Source: Octopus vulgaris | Taxonomy: Eukaryota | Assembly: GCA_951406725.2 (NCBI GenBank) | Contig: OX597839.1 | Location: 28,830,001-28,894,000, forward strand | Reading direction: 5' to 3' | DNA length: 64,000 nt | In this document: positions 36,079-49,624 of the stretch, in pieces | Numbering within the stretch: the stretch's first letter is position 1 | Layout: each line of letters starts with the position of its first letter | The notes under the pieces: model-generated | Seen by the model: the letters and a program-made list of their open reading frames with translations, nothing else | Databases searched by the model: none | Told to the model about the DNA's origin: nothing | Position numbers and translations under genes: made by a program

Positions 36079-38254
36079 TATATATATATCATCATCATCA
36101 TTTAACGTCCGCTTTCCATGCTAGCATGGGTTGGACGGTTCAACTGGGGTCTGGGGAGCCCGAAAGCTGCACCAGTCCAGTCAGATCTGGCAGTGTTTCT
36201 ACAGCTGGATGCCCTTCCTAACGCCAACCACTCCGAGAGTGTAGTGGGTGATTTTATGTGCCACCGACACAGGTGCCAGACGAGGCTGGCAGACGGCCAC
36301 GCTCGGATGGTGTTTTTATGTGCCACCGACACAGGTGCCAGATGAGGCTGGCAAACGGCCACGATCGGATGGTGTTTGTTACATGCCCACAGCACGGAGG
36401 CCAGTCGATGCGGTACTGGCTACGGCCACGTTCGGATGGTTTTCTTGTGTGCCACGTGCCACCGGCACTGGTACCACAAAGATACAAATTCCATTGATGT
36501 TCATCTATTTTGATTTGTTTTGATTTTCACTTGCCTCAACAGGTCTTCACAAGTGTCACAAGAAGGAAGGTATGCACAGGTGGACTGACTACGTCCCAGG
36601 TAGGGGCCACAGGTTATGGCCTGACTAGTCTTGCCGGGTCTTCGGGTGGTGTTTTTATGTGCCACCGACACAGGTGCCAGAGGAGGCTGATAGATAGATA
36701 GATATATATATAGATAGATATATAGATATATATACATATATATATTCATATATATATATTTGTGTGTGTCTGTATTTGTCTCCTATCATTGTTTGTCAAG
36801 TGGTGTTGATGTGTTTACGTTCCCATAACTTAGTAGTTCAGCAATGAAGACTGATAGAATCAGTAAATGCATACACGTGTGTCTTTGTGCCTGTAATTGT
36901 CTCCCCAATTGGTGTGTTTACATCTCTGTAACTTAGCAGTTCAGCAAAAGAGACTGATAGAGTAAGTACTAGGGCTTTGAAAGTAAAAAATAAGCACTGG
37001 GGTCAGTTCATTTGCCTACAAGTTCCTCGAGGTAGTGCACCAGCATGGCCACAGTCTAAAGACTAAAGCAAAAAAAAAAATAATAAAAGGTAAAAAAATT
37101 AAAAAAAAACACCCTGTGTCACTAAAGTTTAGTAGAGAGAGTGGTGATGGGGAGGTGATTAATTGGAACGTATTAATTACTTATTGTTAATTTCTAATTG
37201 TTGATTAATAATTGTTTTATGGTCTGAAGACATTGTAATGTTTTGATGTGGTTTTGGGAGTGGGGTGGGGTGTGTGGGTGTATGGTGTGGGGTGTAGTGG
37301 GTGTGGGTTGGAGTTGGGGTGGTGTGGCTTGGGTGAAGTGATTTATTAATGATGCTTGTTATTGTGTAACGCAATACACGGTTTATTAGCATTAATTATT
37401 AATTAGTTTACTTAGTTATTTGTTCTATTTTACATCGTCAATTACGGGTCAATGGAGTGGGTAGGAAGAAAGCACACAGATTCACTGGGGTGGGGGTGTA
37501 TAAAGAGAGGAGAGGGCATATCATTTTAGGTTAGAGTTGGGGGTGGGTGGGGGTACAGTAGTTTATTTTATTATTAACTGGTGGGGGAGGGGGGTCATTC
37601 TACATATCAACAAAGTTTATGATGTTAATTAAGAAAGTAAAGGAACATAAGCATAATTTGAAATGGCTTATTGTCGTTAATGTATGTTCTTAGGATATTA
37701 AAACTTTTTGATGTATTGAATGCTATAAGTGTATTTCTTTCACTGGAATTGTCAAATCAGTAGAGTGTCTGACAAAAGAAACCTTGTAGTGTTCTGGCCC
37801 TGTGTGTTATGAGTTCAAATACTCTTAAGGCCAGGCTTTGCCTCTTGTCCTTGAAGCTTGATAAAATAAGTACAAACCAATTGTTGGGGGTCTATATAAT
37901 CGACTGCTGCTCTCCCCGCTCTAGATTTCTAGCTTGTGTGCCAGTGCTGGAAAGAAACAAGCATCATCATCATCATCATCGTCGTCGTCGTCGTCTTTGA
38001 ATGTCCGTTGTCCATGCTCGCATGGGTTGGACGGTTTGACCAGGGTTGGTAAGCTGAGGGGCTGTGCCAGGTTCCAATCTGATTTGGCATGGTTTCTATG
38101 GCTGGATGCCCTTCTTAATGCCAACCACTCCAGGAGTGTAATGGGTGCATGACACCAATATCTGCCATGACTACTATTTCACTTGGGTTTGATGGGTCTT
38201 CTACTCAAGCATGGCATATTGCCAAAGATCTTGGTCATTTGTCATTGCCTCAGT

Positions 38255-38725
38255 GAGGCCCAATGCTCAAAAAGTGCTTTTTAGGTGCCACTGGCATGGG
38301 TACCAGGTACACAACACTGGCATCGGCCACATTGCCTCTATGAGGTCCAATGCTTAAAAGGTGCTTTTTATGTGCCACTGGCATGGGTACCAGGTACACA
38401 ACACTGGCATCGGCCACATTGCCTCTATGAGGTCCAATGCTTAAAAGGTGCTTTTTATGTGCCACTGGCATGGGTACCAGGTACACAACACTGGCATCGG
38501 CCACATTGCCTCTATGAGGTCCAATGCTTAAAAGGTGCTTTTTATGTGCCACTGGCATGGGTGCCAGTTATGTGACATCAGAATTGGCCACATTGCTTCC
38601 AAGAAGCCCAACACTGAAAGGGTGCTTTTTATGTGCCACTGGCACAGGGGCCAGTTATGTGACACCAGCATTGGCCACTTTACCTCTGTGAGGCCCAACA
38701 CACGAAAAGTGCTCTTTATGTGCCA
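38255..38725. repeat. 87-bp minisatellite, about 5.5 units
   Basis: Units start at 38255, 38342, 38429, 38516, 38603 and 38690. Confidence 0.93.
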
Positions 38726-39519
38726 AAAGTGGAACATAAGGCAGTGAGCTGGCAGAATCGTTCGCATGCTAGCAAAAATGCTCAACAGCATTTTTTGTGA
38801 TTTTACTTTCTGAGTTCAAATTCTGCTGAGGTTAACTTTGTCTTTCCTCCTTTTGGGGTCAATAAAATAAGTACCAGCTGAGCACTGGAGTTGATGTAAT
38901 AAACTGGCTCCCTCTCTTGAAATTGCTCAACAGTTACAACTGGGAGTGGCCTCTTGGTGAGACCCTGCAAATTCCCCACTAAATCAGCTGCATTTCATAG
39001 ACTCAGTCATCTATGAGGCCAAATGCTGAACTGCTAGGTTACAGGGACGTAAACATGCCAACATCGGTTGTCAAATGATGGCAGGGGGACAAACATAGAC
39101 ACACACACATGTGTTGGGCTTCTTTCAGTTTCCATCTACCAAATCCACTCACAAGGTTTTGATTGGCTCGAGGCTATAGTAGAAGACACTTGCCCAAGGT
39201 GTCATGCAATGGGACTGAACCCGAGACCATTTGGTTGGTAAGCAAGCTTCTTACCACACAGCCACATTTGTGCCTACTTGATCAGGCCTTACTTGGGGTT
39301 AAACAACAGCAACATATGCACAGCACACATGCACTTTGCATGCTTGAGTCTGTGTGCATGCATATGTATTTTTACAGGTCTCTTTTGTGTGCATATGTGT
39401 TTGTGTATGACTGCATGTGTGCGCGCACATGTGCATGTCTGTGTGTGATATGTATGGTTGCATGTGCATGTGTGTGTTTGTGTGTATGATATAGCAGTTC
39501 GATGAAAGGCAAAAGAGAT

Positions 39520-39554
<35 letters not shown>

Positions 39555-40023
39555 ACCACAACTTCGCTACTGCCGGCACCACAACCACCACAAACATCAC
39601 CACCACCACTTCAGCCACTGCCACTTACCCCCCTCCCGAACACCAACACCACAGCACCACTCCTTTGAAGGCCTACTTTCAACACAAGTCTCATCTCTTT
39701 ACCCTCAACCACATCCTCTAAGTTTCTTCCTTTCACTGCAATCAATTCAAATCATAGGGCTTTTTGCTTTGTTTTGTTTGTTGGTGGCAGCACCATGATT
39801 GTTGTCGTTGTTGTCGTTGTTTACTGCAAGCGATAGGAGTCAAGCAGGCTCATGTGGCCTGCATTCCTGAGTCAAGCAGACTCATGTGGCCTGCATTCCT
39901 AAAGTGTCCAAATTATTGTCTCCACAATGGTATTTTAATTTCCTCTTCCCTCTCTGACAATTTAAGATGGAAACAAAAAAAATGTCTCCCTCCTGTCTGA
40001 TATAGTAAAGATATGATTGTGTA

Positions 40024-40745
40024 AGGTGGTGAGCTGGTAAAATTGGTGGCACATCATGCAAAGTGCTTAGCGTTAAAAGGTCTGTCTATATGTTGTGAGT
40101 TCGGATTTCACTGAGGTCAACTTTGCCTTTCATCCTTTCGGAGTCAATAAGTTAAGTACCTATTTCTTTACTACCCACAAGGGGCTAAACACAGAGAGGA
40201 CAAACAAGGACAGACAAACGGATTAAGTCGATTACATCGACCTCAGTGCGTAACTGGTACTTAATTTATCGACCCTGAAAGGATGAAAGGCAAAGTCGAC
40301 CTCGGTGGAATTTGAACTCAGAACGTAACGGTAGATGAAATACAGCTATGCATTTCGCCCGGCTTGCTAATATTTCTGCCAGCTCACCGCCTTCAATAAG
40401 TTAAGTACCAGTTGTGTACTGGGTCAATCTAATCGACTGGCCCCTTCTCCCAAATTTCATGCCTTGTGCCTATAATAGAAAGCACCCTTGTTGGCGGCGG
40501 CGGCGGCAGCATCGGCTAGTGGTGGTGGTGGCTGGCGGTGAGCTGGTAGAATCGTTTGCACACTGGGCAAAATGCTTAGCGATATTTCGTCTGTCTTTAC
40601 GTTCCAAGTTCAAATTCTGCTGAGGTCAACTTTGCCTTTCATCCTTTCAGGGTCAATAAAATAAGTGCCAGTTGAACACTGGGGTTGATGTAATTGACTT
40701 GCCTCCCTCCCCTGAAATTGCTGGCCTTGTGCGAAAATTTGAAGT
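40024..40745. mobile_element. Cluster of SINE family B copies, one nested antisense copy at 40157-40392
   Basis: TCAATAAGTTAAGTACC is duplicated around the nested copy (about 40144 and 40393). Confidence 0.78.
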
Positions 40746-41274
40746 GATTATTATTATTGAGTGAGAGAGCAGTTCATGCCATCAAAGTGACACTGGGGTA
40801 AAATATACGAAGCCCATCATGACTACCCGTCTGGTAAGGGTACACCTGGCACATGCATCACAACCATATGTGCGCGACATGGTGATCTCATATCAAGATA
40901 AACAGCGCATGACCTTGCAGGTGGGGCCCAGTTAGAATTTTCTTCAGGTTTCTTCAGGACCGCTCAAAAGGTCCCTGAATAAGGGTTGTTTAAGAATGTT
41001 GAAAGAACCACCCATATTTCCAGAGGTGAATTATTCAAACCCCAAAGAATCCCTCTCAACACACGGCTATGATGCTCCCCCACTACTTCTGCTCGTGATC
41101 AGAGATGCACATATCGTCAGCCACTAAGGGACATGCTCAACTGGTTAAGGTCAAACAACTGACAAGCAAATCTGTGGTATTGAGCAGAATATTTGCTGTA
41201 GCCCATCTTATTATTATTATTATTATTATCATTATTATTATTATCATTATTATTATTATTATTATCATTGTTCA

Positions 41275-41575
41275 GGAGTCTTATTTTTATCACGTACTTT
41301 CATTTCACTACTGAGCACAGCTCTGTGTGCTTTGGGTATATACTGTAGTTTGTTGTGATGCTCTCATTTCTAGTGTATTGAAAGTGTTATACATAGGATG
41401 TGTGCGGTGCCTAAGTAGGGCTGTTTTCTGTATGTTATATGTATTTGTTAGTCCTGGTGTTTTTGTTATGTATTTGTCTGAATATTTTTTTTATCATACC
41501 CAAAGTGCCTACTATGATAGGAATTGTTTCCACATTTGAGTTACCTCCCTATTTCCAGGTCTTTATATTTTGAAA
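41275..41575 (-). mobile_element. RLE-type non-LTR retrotransposon 3' end (R4/Dong-like)
   Basis: Minus strand, with frameshifts, reads SKYKDLEI/EVTQMW/ETIPIIVGTLGMIKK/NIQKTALL/GTAHIL. The 3' end abuts a (TAA)n tract. Confidence 0.75.
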
Positions 41576-41927
41576 CTTGGTTGAAATTACCGAAATACGA
41601 CAACTTTAACGAGAAATAACTTCCTAAATATAAGTTTTTATCAAAAGGAGGAAAGGCAAAGTTGACCTCGGCAGCACTTGAACTCAGGACACTAATGAGT
41701 CGGAAAAAATGTTACCAAGTAATTTGTCCGGCATGCTAACGATTCTACCATCTCATCATCTTCGCAGTTTTCAAAATTTGGCACAAGGCCAGCAATTTCA
41801 ATGGTCGGTGCTCAATTTTTATCGACCTGGAAAATGATGAAACGCAAAGTTGACCACGATGGTGTTTGAACTCAGAACAAGATATAATAGGTAAGTATTG
41901 TGTTTAGCTTGCTTAACAATCCCACAA

Positions 41928-42303
41928 GTGGAGGCGCAATGGCCCAGTGGTTAGGGCAGCGGACTCGCGGTCATAGGATCGCAGTTTCGATTCCCAGACC
42001 GGGCGTTGTGAGTGTTTATTGAGCGAAAACACCTAAAGCTCCGCGAAAACACCTAAAGCTCCCACCTGTACTCTTTCACCACAACTTTCTCTCACTCTTA
42101 CTTCCTGTTTCTGTTGTACCTGTATTTCAAAGAGCCGGTCTTGTCACTCTCTGTGTCACGCTGAATATCCCCGAGAACTACGTTAAGGGTACACGTGTCT
42201 GTGGAGTGCTCAGCCACTTACACGTTAATTTCACGAGCAGGCTGTTCCGTTGATTTGGATCAACCGGAACCCTCATCGTCGTAACCGACGGAGTGCTTCC
42301 ATC
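41928..42303 (+). mobile_element. SINE family C with TSD
   Basis: TTAACAATCCCAC is duplicated on both flanks. Confidence 0.88.
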
Positions 42304-42639
42304 CATTAACAATCCCACCAGTCCAAGAGTAAAAAACACACACACACACACAGCAGCGTGGAAATATTTAATTAAAACATGTAAAAAGTAATAGAATACA
42401 GAAATATAAGAAATTAAACGGAAAATAGGGGACATTTTTTATCTTCGTTTCTAATTTTTAAATAAGTAAACCTTCACACATTTATTTATTCAATCAGTTT
42501 TCGGTTGTCCCACTTTAGAAGTTTTGCTCTCTTATGGGACCGACTTGACTAGAGTTTATACACACACATATACATAAACTGCGTAGAATTTATACACATA
42601 TACACCCGCTGACAAAACACGTGAGGATTACTTGTGAAA

Positions 42640-43120
42640 GAGGGGAGGAGGAGGAGGAAAGAAGGGCGAGAGAGAAAGAGAGAAAAAGAAACAAAGGCTC
42701 AGAAAGAGAAGAGAGAAGGGGAAAGAGGAAGAGAAGGAGAGCAATAAAAGGAGAAAGAGGGATCAGAGAAGGAGGGAGACAGACAGGAAGAAAGAAGTGA
42801 AAGAGAAGGGAAGAGAAACAAAAAGGAAAAAGAGAGGAAACGAGGAGAAAAGGATAGAAGGGGTAAAAAAAGGAATGGAGTAAGAGAGAGAGAAAGAAAG
42901 ATATAGAAAAAGTAGAAGGGAGAGGAGAAAAGGAAGAAAAGACAGTAAAAGAAGAAGGAGAGAAAAAGAGGGAGATGAGATGAGGTGTAGAGAGAAAAAG
43001 AGTTTAATACACGCATGCGTATAAGGGGTAGAGAAAGAGGGAGAGGTGTTGAGGAGGAGGAGGAAATATAAAGAAAAGTGAGAGAGAAAGAGCGAGAGGA
43101 GTAGGATGAGGAAAAGGAAA
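42640..43120. repeat. Polypurine (GA-rich) low-complexity tract
   Basis: Seen directly. Confidence 0.9.
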
Positions 43121-43723
43121 CGCTTTGCCTGTGTGTATCTACTTTTGTGTATGTGTGTGTGTTTGTGTGAATGTATTAATGTGTGCGCAGGTCTGTATGT
43201 GTGAGTATATGTCAGTGCACGTGTGTGTGTGTGTGAATGTATTAATGTATGTGTCTGTGCGAATTCTTATATCTGTATCTGTTGATGCGCCCTTGTGTGT
43301 GTGCGTATGTGTGTTTACGTCTGTCGAAGTGTCTCTCTCTGTATGTATGTCTCTATGCATGGGTGTACGTGCGCCTATTGGAGAGAGTGTGTGTGTGTGT
43401 GTGCGGACGTGCGCCTATTGGAGAGAGTGTGTGTGTGTGTGCGGACGTGCGCCTATTGGAGAGAGTGTGTGTGTGTGTGCGGACGTGCGTGCGATGTCGC
43501 GATGGATTTGGTAGTGGGAGGAAAGTGACGGTTGCTACGGGTTGCAGTGGGAGATAGAAAAACCAAGTGTCAAGTGAACTTTAGGAGTTAACCTAAGAGG
43601 AACTTGTCAGACCGAATGCCGGGTCATGGCATCTATTTTAAGGAGGATAAAGATAGGATAAGAACAACGCATAAAACTTTTCGAATTACAGAAAACCTGT
43701 TCCAATGGCTACACAACAATACA

Positions 43724-44636
43724 GGATCTTTTCGGTTTGAACGGCAGTTTTTTTTTCTAGCGGTGTCATATGAAGTTGTCACCCATAATTATGACCCTAG
43801 TATCGATCTATTGCATTTCAATCTATTTTAGGGTTAGGGGTGGGGGGAAGGGTATCTTTTTTCTGGGTCTTTTCCTTTTGAACGGCACTTTGTAATATTT
43901 TCTAGGTAACTAAAAAGTTTTAAACTTCGTATACTGGTAGAATGTGTTTTTAAAACATCATTTTCTCTTGGCTTTATTGAGAAAATTCTATAGGTTGTAA
44001 GATATTTCGTCTTTAATTTCGAGCATTTCGGCAATTTTAACCAATCGCTGACGTCCAATTAGGTAAATAACATTCTGTGCATAATGAATATGTCCCTCGT
44101 TTAAGAAACAGATTGTGTTTATTTACATTTGTGAAGAAAAAAAGATACCCTTCCCCAACCTCTAACCCTAACACAGATTGAAATGCAATAGATCGATACT
44201 AGGGTTATAATTATGGTGACAATTTAATACGACACCGATACGGAAAATGGGATTTTTTTCTAGCGGTGTCAAATGAAAATCTCACCCATAATTATGGCCC
44301 TAGTATCGATCTATTGCATTTCAATCCATTTTAGGGTTAGAGGTTGGGGAAGGGTATCTTTTTTCTTCACAAATGTAAATAAACCCAATCTGTTTCTTAA
44401 AAGAGGGACATATTCATACGGCACAGAATGTTTTCACCTCAATTAGACGTCAGCGATTGGTTAAAATTGCCGAAATGCTCGAAATTAAAGACGAAATATC
44501 TTACAACCTATAGAATTTTCTCAATAAAGCCAAGAGAAAATGATGTTTTAAAAACACATTCTACCAGTATACGAAGTTTAAAACTTTTTAGTTACCTAGA
44601 AATTGTTACAAAGTGCCGTTTAAAAGGAAAAGATCC
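43724..44636. mobile_element. GGATC-family composite: truncated monomer plus ~770-bp palindromic element
   Basis: Monomer left end at 43724-43864 matches 12423. Palindrome at 43865-44636; mirror-image ORFs 43834(-) and 44428(+) reflect the two arms. Confidence 0.88.
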
Positions 44637-45580
44637 TCTATCTCTCCCAGCCCTCTCTCTCTCTCTCTTTCTTTCTTACATAACTATATCTCTTAACCTC
44701 AGTCGTGTCAGACAGATGTAGCTGATACACTCGAGGAAGAAGTAACACTTTTACTCCCACCACCACCACCAGCTCACCCCACCCCCGCTGCCACCAACAG
44801 TACAATGACTAACTGCCGCGAAAATTTTAAAAAAAACACGTGGACATGGAAAGTAATATATGTTAATGTTATTGACATATCATTATGCTAATGTATGTTA
44901 TTAACATATTTAATGATGATTTTTTGTTTGTTTTAAAGTTATACGCAACACACACACGAACGCATAGAGTTATAGCTTTATTTTTTTTGTAACGCAGGCA
45001 CAAGGCCACTAAGAATGGAGGTTGGGGGTAGTGTCGGCTTTAATGACTGAAGCGACAGGAAACTAGGAAGGTCACCATTGAACAGAATTGTGAACGCTTT
45101 TGTTTTTTTTTAAACAACCTGCAGTATGATGGTTCTTTTACTTGTTTCGGTCATCACCTTTAAGTCGAACAAAATGACCCCAGGACTTATTCTTTGTAAG
45201 CATAGTACTTATTCTATCAGAGTCTTATGCCGAACCGCTATGTTACGGAGACGTAAACAGACCTCCATCGGTTGGCAAGCAATGGTGGGGTGACGAACAC
45301 ACACGTTACGGAGATGTACTTGCATAGCAAGTGACCTGATCTGAGATCGTGTGCTAAAACTAAAACAATTGCAGCGTGGAAGGTGCTTATAAGTCATTTA
45401 AAAGGCACACAAAAACCGTTAGATTCACCTCGACTGACAAAATTCCCTGGTAGCACGGAATTTTGCCAGTGAACAGATTGCGGTTTCAAATCGACGAAAA
45501 TATTTTGACAAATTAAATTTAAATGTTGAAAATCTATTTTTGATGTTTCTTAAATGGCTTATAAACACCTTCCACACTGC

Positions 45581-45636
<56 letters not shown>

Positions 45637-46814
45637 CTAAATGTTGCTTAAGTGTCCCAGGGAACAATGGTCACACTTGTGTGGGATTTGATTCCGGGGA
45701 TAAGCAACAAGTATTTAGGAGAAAATAGGAAATATTGAAAAATGAGATAAATGCTCAAGATATTATTATATGTGTTTGTGTATGTGTGTATCTATATATA
45801 TGTATACTTATGTGTGGATATGTAGATATGTAGATATGTAGATACGTGTGTAAATATATATATGTATATGCATACATATGTTGTGTGTATGTGTGTGCAT
45901 ATGCATATATATGCGTCACATTTTCTGGGGCTTCTTACATCTATTAAAATGTCTATTTGATGAGCACTGTTGTTTATATCCTCCTTGATGAGATTGATGC
46001 ATCTCTGACCATTATTCATCCTGTTGGATGTATTTTGAATGCATCCATCGAAACATGTGTAGGAGATCTGAAGATAAAAATGATTTAATAACATTTTGAG
46101 TGTTTATTTCCTTTTTCAATTTTTCCTGTATATATATATATATATATATAGTTGAAATTTATAGAAAAACACAAGATGAAGACAGGTTTATGAACAACAA
46201 GTAGGTGTATTAGTTTGACGCTTGGGAAAATGAAAAAGTCTTTTTTGTTTCAAGCCTACACGCTTCAAGAGAAAAGAATAAGAGAATATATATATATATA
46301 TATATATATATGTGGTTGAAATTGCGTTTGGTGCCTCTGGCCGATAACTGATGAAGAATTGGTGACCTATGTTTTTTTGTTTGCCTGTGTATTTAGTATA
46401 TGTTTGTTTATTTACTACATGATTTTTTAAAATTATATATATAGGTAGGTCATATTTTCCGCTTGTTGTCTTTTTATTTAATCCTGAAAAAAAAAAGGAT
46501 ATATATATATATATATATATACACAATGGGCTTCTTTCAGTTTCTGTCTACCAAATCTGTATGTGTGTGTGTATCTATCTATCTATATATATGTCTGCCA
46601 GCGTGGCCGTCTGCCAGCCTCATCTGGCACCTGTGTCGGTGGCACATAAAATCACCCACTACACTCTCGGAGTGGTTGGCGTTAGGAAGGGCATCCTGCT
46701 GTAGAAACACTGCCAGATCTGACTGGCCTGGTGCAGCCTTCGGGCTTGCCAGACCCCAGTTGAACCGTCCAACCCATGCTAGCATGGAAAATGGACGTTA
46801 AACGATGATGATGA

Positions 46815-47190
46815 TATATATATAAAGCTGTGTATGGCAGATTTCATAGCCTTCAACTAACACTATCTTCTCCGAGACCCTGCGGCGCAAGTTGACCAAA
46901 ATTGAGAGTATGATGGAAGAAGGCTTGCTCTTCCTTCCGTAGAAGAAAAAATTCAAATCAGACCATGTTAACACCAAAAATTATTTACATCAAAAAGGTG
47001 CTTTTTTTCTATGAAAATCCCTATTTTTTATGATTTTTTGACTGCTGTGTCACCATTTTCAGTGTATTTCAACCAGAAAAATGTTCACTTAAAGAGAATA
47101 ACAAGCTACATAATGCAAAATTTTTACATTTCAAAAATTCCAATTCTAAAGGGTCAAATCAAACCCAAGCAATGCCGGGTGTTACTGCTA

Positions 47191-47191
<1 letters not shown>
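46815..47191 (+). mobile_element. Non-autonomous Helitron
   Basis: ACCC...GGGT hairpin (ACCCAAGCAATGCCGGGT) then CTAG|T. Confidence 0.72.
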
Positions 47192-47227
<36 letters not shown>

Positions 47228-48282
47228 CACGACAGGCTTCTTTCAATTCCCATTGAAGTTAGCAACAATTTATGATGACTAAGCTAAATATAGAACTGTC
47301 GTGTAGAACTGATGACTTGCTGGTCATCAAGTGATAATAAACTGACAACAAATAGATAAAAATTAAAAAAAGAAAACATAAAAAACTCAAACACATGTAC
47401 ACACATATGCACAAACACACATATACACAAATGCATATACATACACACAAACACTCTTAGGCATACACCAATGAAAAGTAATTCCAACCAAAGATCTGAC
47501 CTGAGATAATGAATATCAGGTGTGATTCACAGCTAATTTCGATGATGACATTAGATTTTTGTGTTTTTCCATAAACTAGGGGATGGCTACTGACGGTAAG
47601 CTTAAGGATTATGTAATGTACAAGTACAAAGGAAGAATTAAAGAAAAAAGGACTCATTATATTGAATCATCATCATCATCATCATCATCTAACGTCCGCT
47701 TTCCATGCTAGCATGGGTTGGACGATTTGACTGAGGTCTGGTGAACCAGGCTCCAATCTGATCTGGCAGAGTTTCTACAGCTGGATGCCCTTCCTAACGC
47801 TTTTATGTGCCATTTTGGTGGTACTGGCAACAGCCACGCCCAAATGGTGCTATCAATAATATCGAGTGGTTATAGGGGGTACTGCAGTTCCATAGTACCT
47901 ATACATGAGCCACCCCTGATCAGGCTTTAAAAAAAAAAATAAGTCCTGGGGTTAATATATTTGACTAAAAATTCTTCAAGGCAGTGCCCCAGCATGGCCA
48001 CAGTCTAGTGACTGAAATAAGTAAAAGATAAAACATTAAAAAAATATACAAGTATGCATATATATGTGTATATATGTATATGTGTGTATATATGTGCATG
48101 TATATAGATTACACGCCCACCATGGTATCCTAGCAAGGAGGATATCCCGTGATCCAGAATGGATGAGAGATATCAAATTAACTCTAAAGTATGGATTAAA
48201 TAACAAACATTCCTAAACTCATACACATATATCCCCTACCAAAAAAAGAAAAAATTACACACAATCGCATGTACACATTATA

Positions 48283-48556
48283 TATGGTGTTCAAAAAGTC
48301 TCTCCGCAGTGAATTTTTTTCTTCAAGATGTATTTCGAGACATACTCTCTTTTATTCTCTTTACTCTTTTACTTGTTTCAGTCATTTGACTGCGGCCATG
48401 CTGGAGCACCACCTTTAGTCGAGCAAATCGACTCCGGGACTTATTCTTTGTAAGCCCAGTACTTATTCTATCGGTCTCTTTTGCCGAACCGCTAAGTGAC
48501 GGGGACATAAACACACCAGCATCGGTTGTCAAGCAATGCTAGGAGGACAAACACAA

Positions 48557-48587
<31 letters not shown>

Positions 48588-48938
48588 CATATATACGACA
48601 GGCTTCTTTCAGTTTCCATCTACCAAATCCACTCACAAGGCATTGGTCGGCCTGGGGCTATAGCAGAAGACACTTGCCCAAGATGCCACGCAGTGGGACT
48701 GAACCCGCAACCATGTGGTTGGTTAGCAAGCTACTTACCACACAGCCACTCCTGCGCCTACATGTGTAGAAGAGTCAACTTATGCATTGAAAATGAAGGA
48801 CAACACTTTCAAAACCTCTTATAAAGTTTTTTTGAGTCTTGTAAAGTCTAATATATTCTTTTGTAGTCTTATACCATCTTAGAAATATTTATTTTGCAAT
48901 GAGAATATTTACTGTGGAGAGACTTTTTGAACACCATG
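48283..48938. mobile_element. TA-flanked Tc1/mariner-type MITE carrying a nested SINE A (48345-48758, minus)
   Basis: TIRs ATGGTGTTCAAAAAGTCTCTCCRCAGT at both ends, with TA flanks. Confidence 0.85.
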
Positions 48939-49171
48939 TATAACCAAAAAATAAATACACATACATACATACATACATACATACATATGCACACAGTCAC
49001 ACAGACATGTATATATTAACATATCATTAATATATTCCTGAGCCTAGACATTGGTCCATCTCTTTCTCATTTAAATACTGTTATCGGTTTTTTTTCTAAT
49101 TTCTTTAGCATTTCCTTGTTACTGGAGATTTTTTATCTAGAAAACATATACTATATGTGGAACGATGTGTG

Positions 49172-49208
<37 letters not shown>

Positions 49209-49289
49209 CATGTACATAAATACATATATATATGTGTGTTTGTATTTGTATGTATATGAGTATGTGTGTATATATTTATGTGTGTGTAC

Positions 49290-49342
<53 letters not shown>

Positions 49343-49375
49343 TGTATATATATATATATATGTATGTATATATAT

Positions 49376-49447
<72 letters not shown>

Positions 49448-49624
49448 GGACAAGAACGCAAAACATTTAGAAGACGATACAAAAAACACGGATGGGACAT
49501 TCGAAGCCTTCAATCTTCAGTCAAGAACTGGATCATCCTCGCAATTTCATATACATACATACATGTGCATATCTGTAAGTAAGCATGTATTTGTATGTAT
49601 ATATATGCTATATAAGTATATATA

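Noticed and set aside
41928-42005. tRNA gene (also 31245 and 6040-6116)
   Set aside because: The tRNA-like head runs into a repeated SINE body with TSDs, with no acceptor-stem closure or poly-T terminator.
43834-44721. Two near-identical ORFs on opposite strands
   Set aside because: Mirror images of the palindromic MITE arms, with no recognisable protein.
49495-49530. CUGAAGA...CGAAU motif in a repeat also at about 7065 and 20405
   Set aside because: GAAU replaces GAAA and there is no convincing stem I or III.
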